Under the pieces are notes generated by a model. It saw nothing but the letters and a program-made list of their open reading frames with translations. It did not search any database and had not been told where the DNA came from. Below are positions 39,895-52,160 of a stretch of DNA of 64,000 bases, piece by piece (the first letter of the stretch is position 1; every line of letters begins with the position of its first letter). The position numbers were made by a program, and so were the translations under genes. Source of the stretch: Mobula hypostoma (Eukaryota); contig NC_086109.1 in assembly GCF_963921235.1 (NCBI RefSeq), positions 186,001-250,000 on the forward strand, in the 5' to 3' direction.

Positions 39895-40360
39895 GTATAT
39901 AGTCGTCCCACTGTAGGAAGGATGTTGAGGCTTTGGAGAATGTGCAGGAGGGGTTTACCAGAACCTGCCTGGTTTAGAGGGCATGTACTATTATGAGAGG
40001 CTGGATAAACTTGGGTTGTTTTCCTTGGAGTGCCAGAGGCTGAGAGGAGATCTGATAGTTTACGAGATTCTGAGAGGCACAGGTAGAGTGGACAGAGAGT
40101 ACCCGTTTGCCAGGGTTGAAATGTCTAAGGTGAGGGGGGTAGTTCAAGGGGGGTGTGAGGGGCGGTGCCTGGAATGCACTGTCTGACATGGTGTAGAGGT
40201 AAATACACTGGACACTTTTAAGAGACATTTGGATAAGCTCAGGAAGATGGGGGGATATGGACACGGTGTAGGTAGGAGGGATTAGTGTTTGAGGCTTTTT
40301 TTGATTTGCTGTTTAGCTGGTTCAGTACAACACTGTGGGCCGAATGGCCTGTTTTCTGTC
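39895..40360 (+). mobile_element. CR1 3' fragment
   Basis: YYERLDKLGLFSLECQRLRGDLI and tail gggccgaatggcctgttttctgt. Confidence 0.8.
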
Positions 40361-41614
40361 CTGAGGAAGAATTTGATAGGAGAGGACAGGGGACTGTGGA
40401 AGAAAGGGAAGGAGGAGGGGCGCCAGAGGGAGGTGACAGGCAGGTCAAAGGATATTGTTCTATCTCAATGCACTGTGCCATGATGTGTGATCTCGATGGA
40501 CAGTGTGATCGGAGAGGGAAAAGTGATGGCGAGCCGTCATCGAAGTAGAGGAGTGGATCCACACCTTCTGCCCCAAGAACTTCTCTGTTTACAACACCTT
40601 GACTGTTAACAAGCTGCTTCTCATTTCCGTCACACACAGGCGCACCAAGCTGTATAACATGCGGGACCCCACCACCTCTGCCAACAAACACACAGAGAGG
40701 ACTACCTCCAGTAGCCATGTGGGTGGGGAGGGTGGTGGAAGAGGCAAGGAATTGTTGACATTTCAGATAAGAATATTGTTCTATCTCAATGCACTGTGCC
40801 CTGAAGCAGGGTTTCCATTGGAAACATCATCAGTACCATTTCTATGCCCACAGACGCTGTTCAACCTGCTGAGCTCCTCAAGCTGATTGTTGGTTGCTCT
40901 GGATTCTTGCATCTACGAATTCCTGTGTCTCCACCATCTGGAAAAAAAATATTTTGATGATCCTCCACTGTCACTGGGCCACTATCCTGGAACTCCCTCC
41001 CCAACAAAATTGTGGGTGTACCCAAACCTCAAGGACTACAGTAACGCAAGACGGCAGCTCACTACCAGCTTTCTGGGGGCAAGCAGGGACAGGCAATTTT
41101 GGCTTCGGGCTTCCTTTCCAGTCCTAGTGAAGGGGCATTGACTGTTTACTGCCCTCCATAGCTGCCTGACTAGCTGAGTTCTTCCAGCATTTTGTGTATT
41201 TCTCTGGATTTCCAGCATCTGCAGAATCTCTTGTGATTATGAATGCTGGTTCTGACTGTGGTCCACATCCTGCTACTAATGCCGTGGATGGAGGAACGAG
41301 GATTCAGTACAGGAACATCTATCTCAAATCATGATGAGTTGGAGTACAGGAAGGAGATAGAGAGTTTAGTGACATGTTGTCATGACTACAACCTCTCCAT
41401 CAACGTCAGTGAAACAAAGGACCTGGTCATTGACTTTAGGAAAGGGGGCAGTGCACATGCTCCAGTCGACATTAATGGTGTTGAGGTGAAATCTTCAAAT
41501 TCCTCAGCGTAAACATCAACAACAGCCCATCCTGATCCAACCATGAAAAATCACAGCCGCGAAATCTCACTAATGTCTCTACCTCCTCAAGAAGCCAAAG
41601 AGGTTAGGCTCTGT

Positions 41615-44248
41615 GTGTGGTAGGTCATGTTTGACCAATCTATTGGAGTTTTTTGAGGAGGTTACCAGGAAAGTGGATGAACGGAAGGCAGTGGATATTG
41701 TCTACATGGACTTCAGTAAGGCCTTTGACAAGGTGCCGCATGGGAGGTTAGTTAGGAAAATTCAGTTGCTAGGTATACATGGAGAGGTGGTAAATTGGAT
41801 TAGACATTGGCTCAATGGAAGAAGCCAAAGAGTGGTAGTAGAGAATTGCTTCTCTGAGTGGAGGCCTGTGACTAGTGGTGTACCACAGGGATCAGTGCTG
41901 GGTCCATTGTTATTTGTCCATTGTTATCAAAGATGTGATAACAGCACATTTGGAAAGCGGTGAAATGATCGGACAAAGTCAGCATGGATTTGTGAAAGGA
42001 AAATCATGTCTGACGAATCTCATAGAATTTTTTGAGGATGTAACTAGTAGAGTGGATGGGGAGAACCAGTGGATGTGGTATATTTGGATTTTCAAAAGGC
42101 TTTTGACAAGGTCCCACACAGGAGATTAGTGTACAAACTTAAAGCACACGGTATTGGGGGTAAGGTATATATGTGGATAGAGAATTGGTTGGCAGACAGG
42201 AAGCAAAGAGCGGGAATAAACGGGACCTTTTCAGAATGGCAGGCAGTGACTAGCGGGGTACCGCAAGGCTCAGTGCTGGGACCCCAGTTGTTTACAATAT
42301 ATATTAATGACTTGCATGAGGAAATTAAATGCAGCATCTCCAAGTTTGCGGATGATATGAAGCTGAGCGGCAGTGTTAGCTGTGAGGAGGATGCTAAGAG
42401 GATGCAGGGTGACTTGGATAGGTTGGGTGAGTGGGCAAATTCATGGCAGATGCAATTTAATGTGGATAAATGTGAAGTTATCCACTTTGGTGGCAAAAAC
42501 AGGAAAACAGATTATTATCTGAATGGTGGCCGATTAGGAAAAGGGGAGGTGCAACGAGACCTAAGTGTCATTATACACCATTCATTGAAAGTGGGCATGC
42601 AGGTACAGCAGGCGGTGAAAAAGGCGAATGGTATGCTGGCATTTATAGCAAGAGGATTCGAGTACAGGAGCAGGGAGGTACTACTGAAGTTGTACAAGGC
42701 CTTGGTGAGACCACACCTGGAGTATTATGTGCAGTTTTGGTCCCCTAATCTGAGGAAAGACATCCTTGCCATAGAGGGAGTACAAAGGAGGTTCACCAAA
42801 TTGATTCCTGGGATGGCAGGACTTTCGTATGATGAAAGACTGGATGAACTAGGCTTATACTCATTGGAATTTAGAAGATTGAGGGGGGATCTGATTGAAA
42901 CATATAAAATCCTAAAGGGATTGGACAGGCTAGATGCAGGAAGATTGTTCCCGATGTTGGGGAAGTCCAGAACGTGGGGTCACAGTTTGAGGATAAAGGG
43001 GAAGCCTTTTAGGACCGAGATTAGGAAAAACTTCTTCACACAGAGAGTGGTGAATCTGTGGAATTCTCTGCCACAGGAAACAGTTGAGGCCAGTTCATTG
43101 GCTATATTTAACAGGGAGTTAGATATGGCCCTTGTGGCTAAAGGGATCAGGGGGTATGGAGGGAAGGCTGGTGCAGGGTTCTGAGTTGGATGATCAGCCA
43201 TGATCATACTGAATGGCAGTGCAGGCTCGAAGGGCCGAATGGCCTACTCCTGCACCTATTTTCTATGTTTCTATGTTTTGTCATCTATATCAATGATCTG
43301 GATGATAATGTGGTAAATTGGATCAGCAAATTTGCTGATGATACAAAGATTGGAGGTGTAGTAGACAGTGAGGAAGGTTTTCAGAGCCTGCAGAGGGACT
43401 TGGACTAGCTGGAAAAATGGGATGAAAAATGGCAGATGGAGTTTAATACAGACAAGTGTGAGGTATTGCACGTTGGAAGGACAAACCAAGGTAGAACATC
43501 CAGGGTTAATGGTAAGGCACTGAGGAGTGCAGTAGAACAGAGGGATCCGGGAATACAGATACAAAATTCCCTAAAAGTGGCATCACAGGTAGATAGGGTC
43601 GTAAAGAGAGCTTTTGGTACATTGGCCTTTATTAATCAAAGTATTGAATATAAGAGCTGGAATGTTATGATGAGGTTGTATAAGGCATTGGTGAGGCCGA
43701 ATCTGGAGTATTGTGTTCAGTTTTGGTCACCAAATTACAGGAAGGATATAAATAAGGTTGAAAGAGTGCAGAGAAGGTTTACAAGGATGTTGCCGGGACT
43801 TGAGAAACTCAGTTACAGAGAAAGGTTGAATAGGTTAGGACTTTATTCGCTGGAGCATAGAAGAATGAGGGGAGATTTGACAGAGGTTATATAAAATTAT
43901 GATGGGTATAGATATAGTGAATGCAAGCAGGCTTTTTCCACTGAGGCAAGGGGAGAAAAAAACCAGAGGACATGGGTTAAGGGTGAGGGGGGAAAAGTTT
44001 AAAGGGAACATTAAGGGGGGCTTCTTCACACAGAGAGTGGTGGGAGTATGGAATGAGCTGCCAGACGGGGTGGTAAATGCGGGTTCTTTTTTAACATTTA
44101 AGAATAAATTGGACAGATACGTGGATGGGAGGTGTATGGAGGGATATGGTCCGTGTGCAGGTCCGTGGGACTAGGCAGAAAATGGTTCGGCACAGCCAAG
44201 GGCCAAAAGGCCTGTTTCTGTGTTGTAGTTTTTCTATGGTTTCTATAT
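41615..44248 (+). mobile_element. Outer 5'-truncated CR1 LINE
   Basis: RSCLTNLLEFFEEVT...GVPQGSVLGPLLFV|IYINDLDD...FADDTK; tail tttctatggtttctat; possible TSD ctctgt (41609-41614 / 44249-44254). Confidence 0.92.
41919..43276 (+). mobile_element. Inner 5'-truncated CR1 LINE with a near-intact RT C-terminal ORF (42069-43184)
   Basis: 371-aa ORF YLDFQKAFDKVPH...GVPQGSVLGP...KFADD; tail tttctatgtttctatgt; TSD tttgtc at 41913-41918 and 43277-43282. Confidence 0.95.
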
Positions 44249-44596
44249 CTCTGTCAACCCTCTAATTTTTATTGATGCACCATAGAAAGCATCCTATAGA
44301 AGTACATCACAACTTGGCACGGCAAGTACCCCATACACGGCCGCAAGAAACTGCTGAGAGTTATGGACACAGCTCAGCACAGCACAGAAACCAACCTTCC
44401 CTCCATGGACTCTGTCTACACTTCTCACTGCCTCAGTAAAGTAGCCAGCACAATCAAAGACCCACCCACCCTGGAGTTTCTCCCTTCTCCTCTCTTCAAT
44501 TGGGCAGAAGATACAAGTGTCTGAAAGCGTGTACCGCCAGGCACATGTTCGCTTCTATTATGCTGTAAATAGTTCTCTAGAATGTTAAATCAGTGA

Positions 44597-45056
44597 TACG
44601 GCTCCACCAACGGAACTGTAAGTAAGGCACTCCTTCCATCCACTTGCCTGCAGGTCACCCTTAGACAAAGTGTAGCACCTGCATAGAGAAACCCCCCACA
44701 ACCCCAGTCAGGGTCACCTGAAGCCAGGGGAGCAGGAGGGGGATGGTTCTGAGTATCTGGTGCACATCACAAGTCTATAAGGGCAGAATTAGAGCATTCA
44801 GCCCATCAAGTCCACTCCATCATCACATCAAGGCTGATCCCAGATCCCACTCAATCCCATAAGACATAGGAGCAGAATCAGAAAAAGTCCTGGTTATGCG
44901 ACCATTGACGTCAGGCAGACAGCCTCTGAAGAGTATTGAGAATGACTGGGGTCACCCATCTTTGTAAAGACACTGCCCAGAAGAAGGCAAAGGCTAAGAA
45001 CAACCACGATCATTAGACCACAAATGCGTACATCCTACGACAGAGCACATAATGAT
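44597..45056 (+). mobile_element. Interspersed SINE-like element with RTE-type 3' end, copy 1, interrupted by an antisense CR1-tail piece (~44775-44880)
   Basis: Collinear with 60695-61045 (gtaaggc.ctccttcc.tcc.ct.gcctgcag.tcaccctt; ctggggtcaccc.tct.tgtaaagacactgcccagaag). Confidence 0.7.
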
Positions 45057-45219
45057 GATGAGACTGGACTCTTTACCTCACCTTGTTTACTTCCACCCCA
45101 TTTTCTCTGCAACTATTGTTCTTTATCATGGATTGATATCATTCTACCTCAATGCACAATGTCATGACGTGATCTCGCAATCAGAGAGGGAGATCTGGGC
45201 CTGTTGTGTTTCGGCCGAG

Positions 45220-47870
45220 GAAGAGGAAGATGTGAAGATGTTTGGGGCTACAATGGAAGAGGGAGATGTGACTAGGTTTAGAGTTATAATAGATGAGGGT
45301 GATGTGAGAATGTTTGGGGAGGAGGTTCTGGGTTCCAATTGAAGAGGGAGATGTGAGGAGGTTCCGGGTTAAAATGGAAGCGGGAGATCTGAGAAGGTTT
45401 GGGGGTTACGATTGACGAGGGAGAAATGAAGAGGTTTGGAGTTTACTTTGGAAGACGGACAAGTGCGGAGGTTTGGGAAGGAGACTGCGGTTTTTGATGG
45501 AAGAGGGAGATGTGAGGAGGTTTGAGGAAGAGGTGGGGGTTTACAATGGAAAAGGCAGATGTAAGGTGGTTTGGAGTTATGAATGAAGAGAGAGATGTGA
45601 GAAGGCTTGGGGAGGAGGTTCAGGGTTACAATTGAAGAAGGAAATGTGAGGAGGTTGGGTAAAAATGGAAGAGGGAGATGTCAGCAGGTTTCGGGAGGAG
45701 GTTGGAGGTTGCAATGGAAGAGGGAGATATGAAGAGGGTTCAGGAGGAGGTTTGGGGATACAATGGAAGAGGGTGATGTGAGGAGTTTTGAGGTTATGGA
45801 AGAGGGAGATGAGGTGGTTTCAGGAGGAAATTTGGGGTTACAATGGAAGAGGGCAATGTGAGGAGGTTAGGAGGAGGTTTGGGGTTATGATGGAAGAGGG
45901 AGATGTGAGGAGGTTTGGGGTATCGATGAAAGAAGGCGATATGAGGAGGTTTCAGGAGGAGGTTTGGGGCTACGATGGAAGAGAGAGATGTGAGGAGCTT
46001 TGGGGAGAAAGGTGGGGTTTATGATGCAAGAGGGATGTGAGGAAGTTTGGGGTTATGATGGAAAAGGGAGATGTGAGGAGGTTTGGGGTTCATGGAAGAG
46101 GGAGATGTGAAGAGGATTGGGGTTATGATGGAAGAGGGAGATGTGAGGAGGTTTGGGGTTACGATGGAAGAGGAGATGTGAGGAGGTTTGGGGTTATGAT
46201 GGAAGAGGGAGATGTGAGGAGGTTTGGAGTTATGATGGAAGAGGGAGATGTGAGGAGGTTTGGAGTTACGATGCAAGAGGGAGATGTGAGGAAGGTTTGG
46301 GGTGACGGAAGAGGGAGATGTGAGGAGGTTTGGGGTTATGATGGAAGAGGGAGAAGTGAGGAGGTTCAGAGTTACGATGGAAGAGGGAGATGTGAGGAGG
46401 TTTAGGGTCGATGGAAGAGGGAGATGTGAGGAGGTTTGGAGTTACGATGGAAGAGGGAGGTGTGAGGAAGGTTTGGGGTTACGATGGAAGAGGGAGATGT
46501 GAGGAAGGTTTGGGGTTACAATGGAAGAGGGAGATGAGAAGAAGTTTGGGTTTATGATAGAAGAGGGAGATGTGAGGAGGTTTCGGGTTATGATGGAAGA
46601 GGGAGAAGTGAGGAGGTTTGGGGTTATGATGGAAGAGGGAGATGTGAGGAAGTTTGGGGTTATGATGGAAGAGGGAGATGTGAGGAGGTTTCGGGTTATG
46701 ATGGAAGAGGGAGAAGTGAGGAGGTTTGGGGTTACAATGGAAGAGGAGATGTGAGGAGGTTTGGGGTTGATGGAAGAGGGAGATGTGAGGAGGTTTGGAG
46801 TTATGATGGAAGAGGGAGATGTGAGGAGGTTTGGAGTTACGATGCAAGAGGGAGATGTGAGGAAGGTTTGGGGTGACGGAAGAGGGAGATGTGAGGAGGT
46901 TTGGGGTTACGATGGAAGAGGGAGATGTGAGGAGGTTTGGGGTTACGATGGAAGAGGAGATGTGAGGAGGTTTGGGGTCGATGGAAGAGGGAGATGTGAG
47001 GAGGTTTGGAGTTACGATGGAAGAGGGAGGTGTGAGGAAGGTTTGGGGTTACGATGGAAGAGGGAGATGTGAGGAAGGTTTGGGGTTACAATGGAAGAGG
47101 GAGATGAGAAGAAGTTTGGGTTTATGATAGAAGAGGGAGATGTGAGGAGGTTTCGGGTTATGATGGAAGAGGGAGAAGTGAGGAGGTTTGGGGTTATGAT
47201 GGAAGAGGGAGATGTGAGGAAGTTTGGGGTTATGATGGAAGAGGGAGATGTGAGGAGGTTTCGGGTTATGATGGAAGAGGGAGAAGTGAGGAGGTTTGGG
47301 GTTACAATGGAAGAGGAGATGTGAGGAGGTTTGGGGTTGATGGAAGAGGGAGATGTGAGGAGGTTTGGAGTTATGATGGAAGAGGGAGATGTGAGGAGGT
47401 TTGGAGTTACGATGCAAGAGGGAGATGTGAGGAAGGTTTGGGGTGACGGAAGAGGGAGATGTGAGGAGGTTTGGGGTTACGATGGAAGAGGGAGATGTGA
47501 GGAGGTTTGGGGTTACGATGGAAGAGGAGATGTGAGGAGGTTTGGGGTTACGATGGAAGAGGAGATGTGAGAAGGTTTGGGGTTGATGGAAGAGGGAGAA
47601 GTGAGGAGGTTTGGGGTTACGATGGAAGAGGGAGATGTGAGGAGGTTTGGAGTTACAATGGAAGAGGGAGATGAGAAGAAGTTTGGGTTTATGATAGAAG
47701 AGGGAGATGTGAGGAAGTTTGGGGTTACATTGGAAGAGGGAGATGTGAGGAGGTTTGGAGTTACAATGGAAGAGGGAGATGAGAAGAAGTTTGGGTTTAT
47801 GATAGAAGAGGGAGATGTGAGGAAGTTTGGGGTTACATTGGAAGAGGGAGATGTGAGCAGGTTTCGGGGG
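45220..47870. repeat. 36-bp G-rich satellite (gatggaagagggagatgtgaggaggtttggggttac)
   Basis: Tandem units, degenerate on the left, with a 570-bp block duplication (ORFs 46521 and 47091; 46761 and 47331 match). Confidence 0.95.
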
Positions 47871-48011
47871 GGCGAGGAGTAGGTGCAGGCAAAAGGTTTT
47901 TACAAGTATCTGGTACATGTGACTGTAATAAAGCAGTTGTCGTGCTGTGAGGCTACAGATGGGTCTCAGAACCAAGGGAATTATTGGTTTCTCTAGCTTT
48001 TGATTGCTTAC

Positions 48012-48056
48012 ATTCTGGTCTTTTACAGTAATCACCAGTGTGGAGTTACGAGGATG
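48012..48056 (-). CDS. Candidate exon 2 (HPRNSTLVITVKDQN)
   Basis: Donor AAT|GTAAGC; 45 bp, phase 0-0, open frame. The acceptor (ggtgtgTAG|) lacks a pyrimidine tract. Confidence 0.35.
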
Positions 48057-48414
48057 CTACACACCACCCTCTACATCTCCATTCACCACAAAACATGCCA
48101 ACATCTCCTTCCTCCTGCAACATCTCCCTCTTCCATCATAAACCCCAAACCTCTGCACATCTCCAACTACCCATCCCTCTGCATGTCTCTGCCCACCTCT
48201 TTTGAACTCCCTTTAACTCTCTGTCTCTCAACTAAATTTCCTCTATTTGTTCCTTTCCTCACACACTCTGACTGTACCCCTCACTCTTACTTTCCCACCT
48301 CTCCCACCATGCCTCCATCTCTCAGTCAGTCTTTCTCTCTATTAGTTTCTGTTTGTGACTTGCTCTACATCCCAGCCCATCGTCTTCCTTTCCAAATCTC
48401 CCTCTTTATCGGTT

Positions 48415-48590
48415 AGCCGGCCGCTGGTTTCGTGCCATCAGCACTGGACTTCGAGTCCAATGGTCACAGGTTCGAACCCAACCAGTTCCTGGCACGCTTT
48501 CCATCCGTGCTGGGTTGAGCATCAAGCATCGTAAAAAAAGACAAATGCTAAGGAAATGGCAAAAAAAATACTGCACGATGCACAACAATT
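48415..48590 (+). mobile_element. tRNA-derived SINE (tRNA-Arg(TCG)-like head)
   Basis: B-box ggttcgaaccc at 48469-48479; anticodon arm tgga-cttcgag-tcca with TCG at 48451-48453; no convincing acceptor stem; A-rich 3' part. Confidence 0.6.
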
Positions 48591-48934
48591 TGTTTGTGCC
48601 ATTCTCTATATCCCAGCCTTTAGTCGCAAACCTCCAATTCTACCCGCTCTCTCAACTCCCCCCACCCCAGCAGAATGACATCCGCAGCCTGTTTCCCTGG
48701 CTTGCCGGTGACCCAGTGCCCTCCTCACAGATGCTGCCTGACCCACCGGATGTCCCGGCTTCCCATCCTGTTCCACATGGATGAGCTGTGGGGGTTGGGA
48801 GAGGACAGAGAGAAACAGGCTGAACGGGGCGGGGAGGGGGAGAGAGAAGGAAAGGGGGAGGAGAGAGCAGAATGGTCGTGGTGGGGGAGAGATAAAATGT
48901 GGCAGATGAAAGTCGGACTGAAAGATAATGAGAC

Positions 48935-51900
48935 ACAGAGACAGGGAGGGGTGTAGGGGCTGGATGGGGTTACAGAGAGAGGGAGGGGTGTAGGGGTCAG
49001 AGGGGGTTACAAAGACAGGGAGGAGTGTAGGGCTGGAGGGGGTTACAGAGACAGGGAGGGGTGTAGGGATTGGAGGGGGTTACAAAGACAGGGAGGGGTG
49101 TAGGGGCTGGATGGGGTTACAGAGAGAGGGAGGGGTGTAGGGGTCAGAGGGGGTTACAAAGACAGGGAGGAGTGTAGGGCTGGAGGGGGTTACAAAGACA
49201 GGGAGGGGTGTAGGGGCCAGAGGGGGTTACAGAGACAGGGAGGGGTGTAGGGGCCGGAGGGGGTTACAGAGACCGGGAGGGGTGTAGGGGTCAGAGGGGG
49301 TTACAGAGACAGGGAGGGGTGCAGGGGCCGGATGGGGTTACAGAGAGAGGGAGGGGTGTAGGGGCCGGACGGGGTTACAGAGAGAGGGAGGGGTGTAGAG
49401 GCCGGAGGGGGTTACAGAGACAAGGAGGGGTGTAGGGGCCAGAGGGGGTTACAGAGACAGGGAGGGGTGTAGGGGCTGGAGGGGGTTACAGAGACAGGGA
49501 GGGGTGTAGGGGCCGGACGGGGTTACAGAGAGAGGGAGGGGTGTAGGGGCCGGAGGGGGTTACAGAGACAGGGAGGGGTGTAGGGGTCAGAGGGGGTTAC
49601 AAAGACAGGGAGGAGTGTAGGGCTGGAGGGGGTTACAGAGACAGGGAGGGGTGTAGGGATTGGAGGGGGTTACAAAGACAGGGAGGGGTGTAGGGGCTGG
49701 ATGGGGTTACAGAGAGAGGGAGGGGTGTAGGGGTCAGAGGGGGTTACAAAGACAGGGAGGAGTGTAGGGCTGGAGGGGGTTACAAAGACAGGGAGGGGTG
49801 TAGGGGCCAGAGGGGGTTACAGAGACAGGGAGGGGTGTAGGGGCCGGAGGGGGTTACAGAGACCGGGAGGGGTGTAGGGGTCAGAGGGGGTTACAGAGAC
49901 AGGGAGGGGTGCAGGGGCCGGATGGGGTTACAGAGAGAGGGAGGGGTGTAGGGGCCGGACGGGGTTACAGAGAGAGGGAGGGGTGTAGAGGCCGGAGGGG
50001 GTTACAGAGACAAGGAGGGGTGTAGGGGCCAGAGGGGCTTACAGAGACAGGGAGGGGTGTAGGGGCTGGAGGGGGTTACAGAGACAGGGAGGGGTGTAGG
50101 GGCCGGACGGGGTTACAGAGAGAGGGAGGGGTGTAGGGGCCGGAGGGGGTTACAGAGACAGGGAGGGGTGTAGGGGTCAGAGGGGGTTACAGAGACAGGG
50201 AGGGGTGTAGGGGCCGGATGGGGTTACAGAGAGAGGGAGGGGTGTAGGGGCCGGAGGGGGTTACAGAGACAGGGAGGGGTGTAGGGGCCGGACGGGGTTA
50301 CAGAGAGAGGGAGGGGTGTAGAGGCCGGAGGGGGTTACAGAGACAAGGAGGGGTGTAGGGGCCGGAGGGGGTTACAGAGACAGGGAGGGGTGTAGGGGCT
50401 GGAGGGGGTTACAGAGACAGGGAGGGGTGTAGGGGCTGGACGGGGTTACAGAGAGAGGGAGGGTGTAGGAGCCGGAGGGGGTTACAGAGACAGGGAGGGG
50501 TGTAGGAGTCAGAGGGGGTTACAGAGACAGGGAGGGGTGTAGGGGCCGGAGGGGGTTACAGAGATGTGGAGGGGTGTAGGTGCCGGAGTGGGTTATAGAG
50601 ACAGGGAGGGGTGTAGGGGCCGGAGGGGGTTACAAAGACAGGGAGGGGTGTAGGGGCTGGAGGGGGTTACAGAGACAGGGAGGGGTGTAGGGGTCAGAGG
50701 GGGTTACAAAGACAAGGAGGAGTGTAGGGCTGGAGGGGGTTACAGAGACAGGGAGGAGTGTAGGGATTGGAGGGGGTTACAAAGACAGGGAGGGGTGTAG
50801 GGGACAGAGGGGGTTACAGAGACAGGAAGGGGTGTAGGGATTGGAGGGTGTTACAGAGACAGGGAGGGGTGTAGGGGCCGGAGGGGGTTACAGAGACAGG
50901 GAGGGGTGTAGGGGTCAGAGGGGTTTACAGAGACAGGGAGGGGTGTAGGGGCCGGATGGGGTTACAGAGAGAGGGAGGGGTGTAGGGGCCGGAGGGGGTT
51001 ACAGAGACAAGGAGGGGTGTAGGGGCCAGAGGGGGTTACAGAGACAGGGAGGGGTGTAGGGGCTGGAGGGGGTTACAGAGTCAGGGAGGGGTGTAGGGGC
51101 CGGACAGGGTTACAGAGAGAGGGAGGGGTGTAGGGGCCGGAGGGGGTTACAGAGACAGGGAGGGGTGTAGGAGTCAGAGGGGGTTACAGAGACAGGGAGG
51201 GGTGCAGGGGCCGGAGGGGGTTACAGAGATGTGGAGGGGTGTAGGTGCCGGAGTGGGTTATAGAGACAGGGAGGGGTGTAGGGGCCGGAGGGGGTTACAA
51301 AGACAGGGAGGGGTGTAGGGGCTGGAGGGGGTTACAGAGACAGGGAGGGGTGTAGGGGTCAGAGGGGGTTACAGAGATGGGCAGGAGTGTAGTTGCCGGA
51401 GTGGGTTACAGAGACAGGGAGGGTTGTAGGGGCCGGAGGGGGTTTCAGAGACAGGGAGGGGTATAGGGGGCCAGAGGGGGTTACAGAGACAGGAAGGGGT
51501 GTAGGGATTGGAGGGGGTTACAGAGACAAGGAGGGGTGTAGGGGCCGGAGGGGGTTACAGAGACAGGGAGGGGTGTTGGGGTCAGAGGGGGTTACAGAGA
51601 CAGGGAGGGGTGTAGGGGTCAGAGGCAGTTACAGAGATGGGGAGGGGTGTAGATGCCGGAGTGGGTTACAGAGACAGGGAGGGGTGTAGGGGCCAGAGGG
51701 GGTTACAGAGACAGGGAGGGGTGTAGGGGCCAGAGGGGGTTACAGAGACAGGGAGGGGTGTAGGGGCCGGTGGGGGTTACAGAGACAGGGAGGGGTGTAG
51801 GGATCAGAGGGGGTTACAGAGACAGGGAGGGATGTAGGGGTCAGAGGGGTGTACAGAGAAAGGGAGGGGTGTAGGGGCCGGAGGGTGTCACAGAGACAGG

Positions 51901-52160
51901 GAGGGATGTAGGGGCCGGAGGGGGTTTCAGAGACAGTGAGGGGTGTAGGGGCCGAAGGGTGTCACGGAGACAGGGAGGGGTGTACACACTGGAGAGAGGG
52001 GTTACAGAGACAGTGAGTGGTTTTGGGACTGGAGAGGGGGGGTTACAGAGACAGTGAATTGTTTAGGGACTGGAGAGAGGTTTTACAGAGACAGTGAGTG
52101 GTGTTTGAACTGGAGAGGGGGGGTTACAGAGACAGTGAGGGGTTTAGGGACTGGAGAGTG
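48935..52160. repeat. 37-bp G-rich satellite (ttacagagacagggaggggtgtaggggccggaggggg)
   Basis: ~85 tandem units; 590-bp block duplication (48991 vs 49581). Confidence 0.97.

Larger units (their letters stand above)
41310..44580 (+). mobile_element. Rex1/Babar-type LINE fragment split by CR1 insertions (pieces ~41310-41614 and ~44249-44580)
   Basis: DELEYRKEIESLVTCCHDYNLSINVSETKDLVIDFRK, resuming as ttttattgatgcaccatagaaagcatcct...gggcagaagatac. Confidence 0.75.

Noticed and set aside
40452..40800. 28-bp direct repeat atattgttctatctcaatgcactgtgcc as a TSD
   Set aside because: A similar motif occurs at ~45140 and looks like a LINE 3' UTR piece. The enclosed sequence has no element hallmarks, so it is unresolved and not called.
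42069..43184. Domesticated reverse transcriptase gene
   Set aside because: 5'-truncated, frameshifted just upstream, with a CR1 tail and TSD; an ordinary young insertion.
45788..48035. MEEGDVRRFGV repeat ORFs
   Set aside because: 36-bp satellite with frequent 1-2 bp indels, so there is no frame constraint.
48415..48490. Functional tRNA-Arg gene
   Set aside because: B-box and anticodon arm are present, but acceptor and D stems are poor and a SINE-like body follows.
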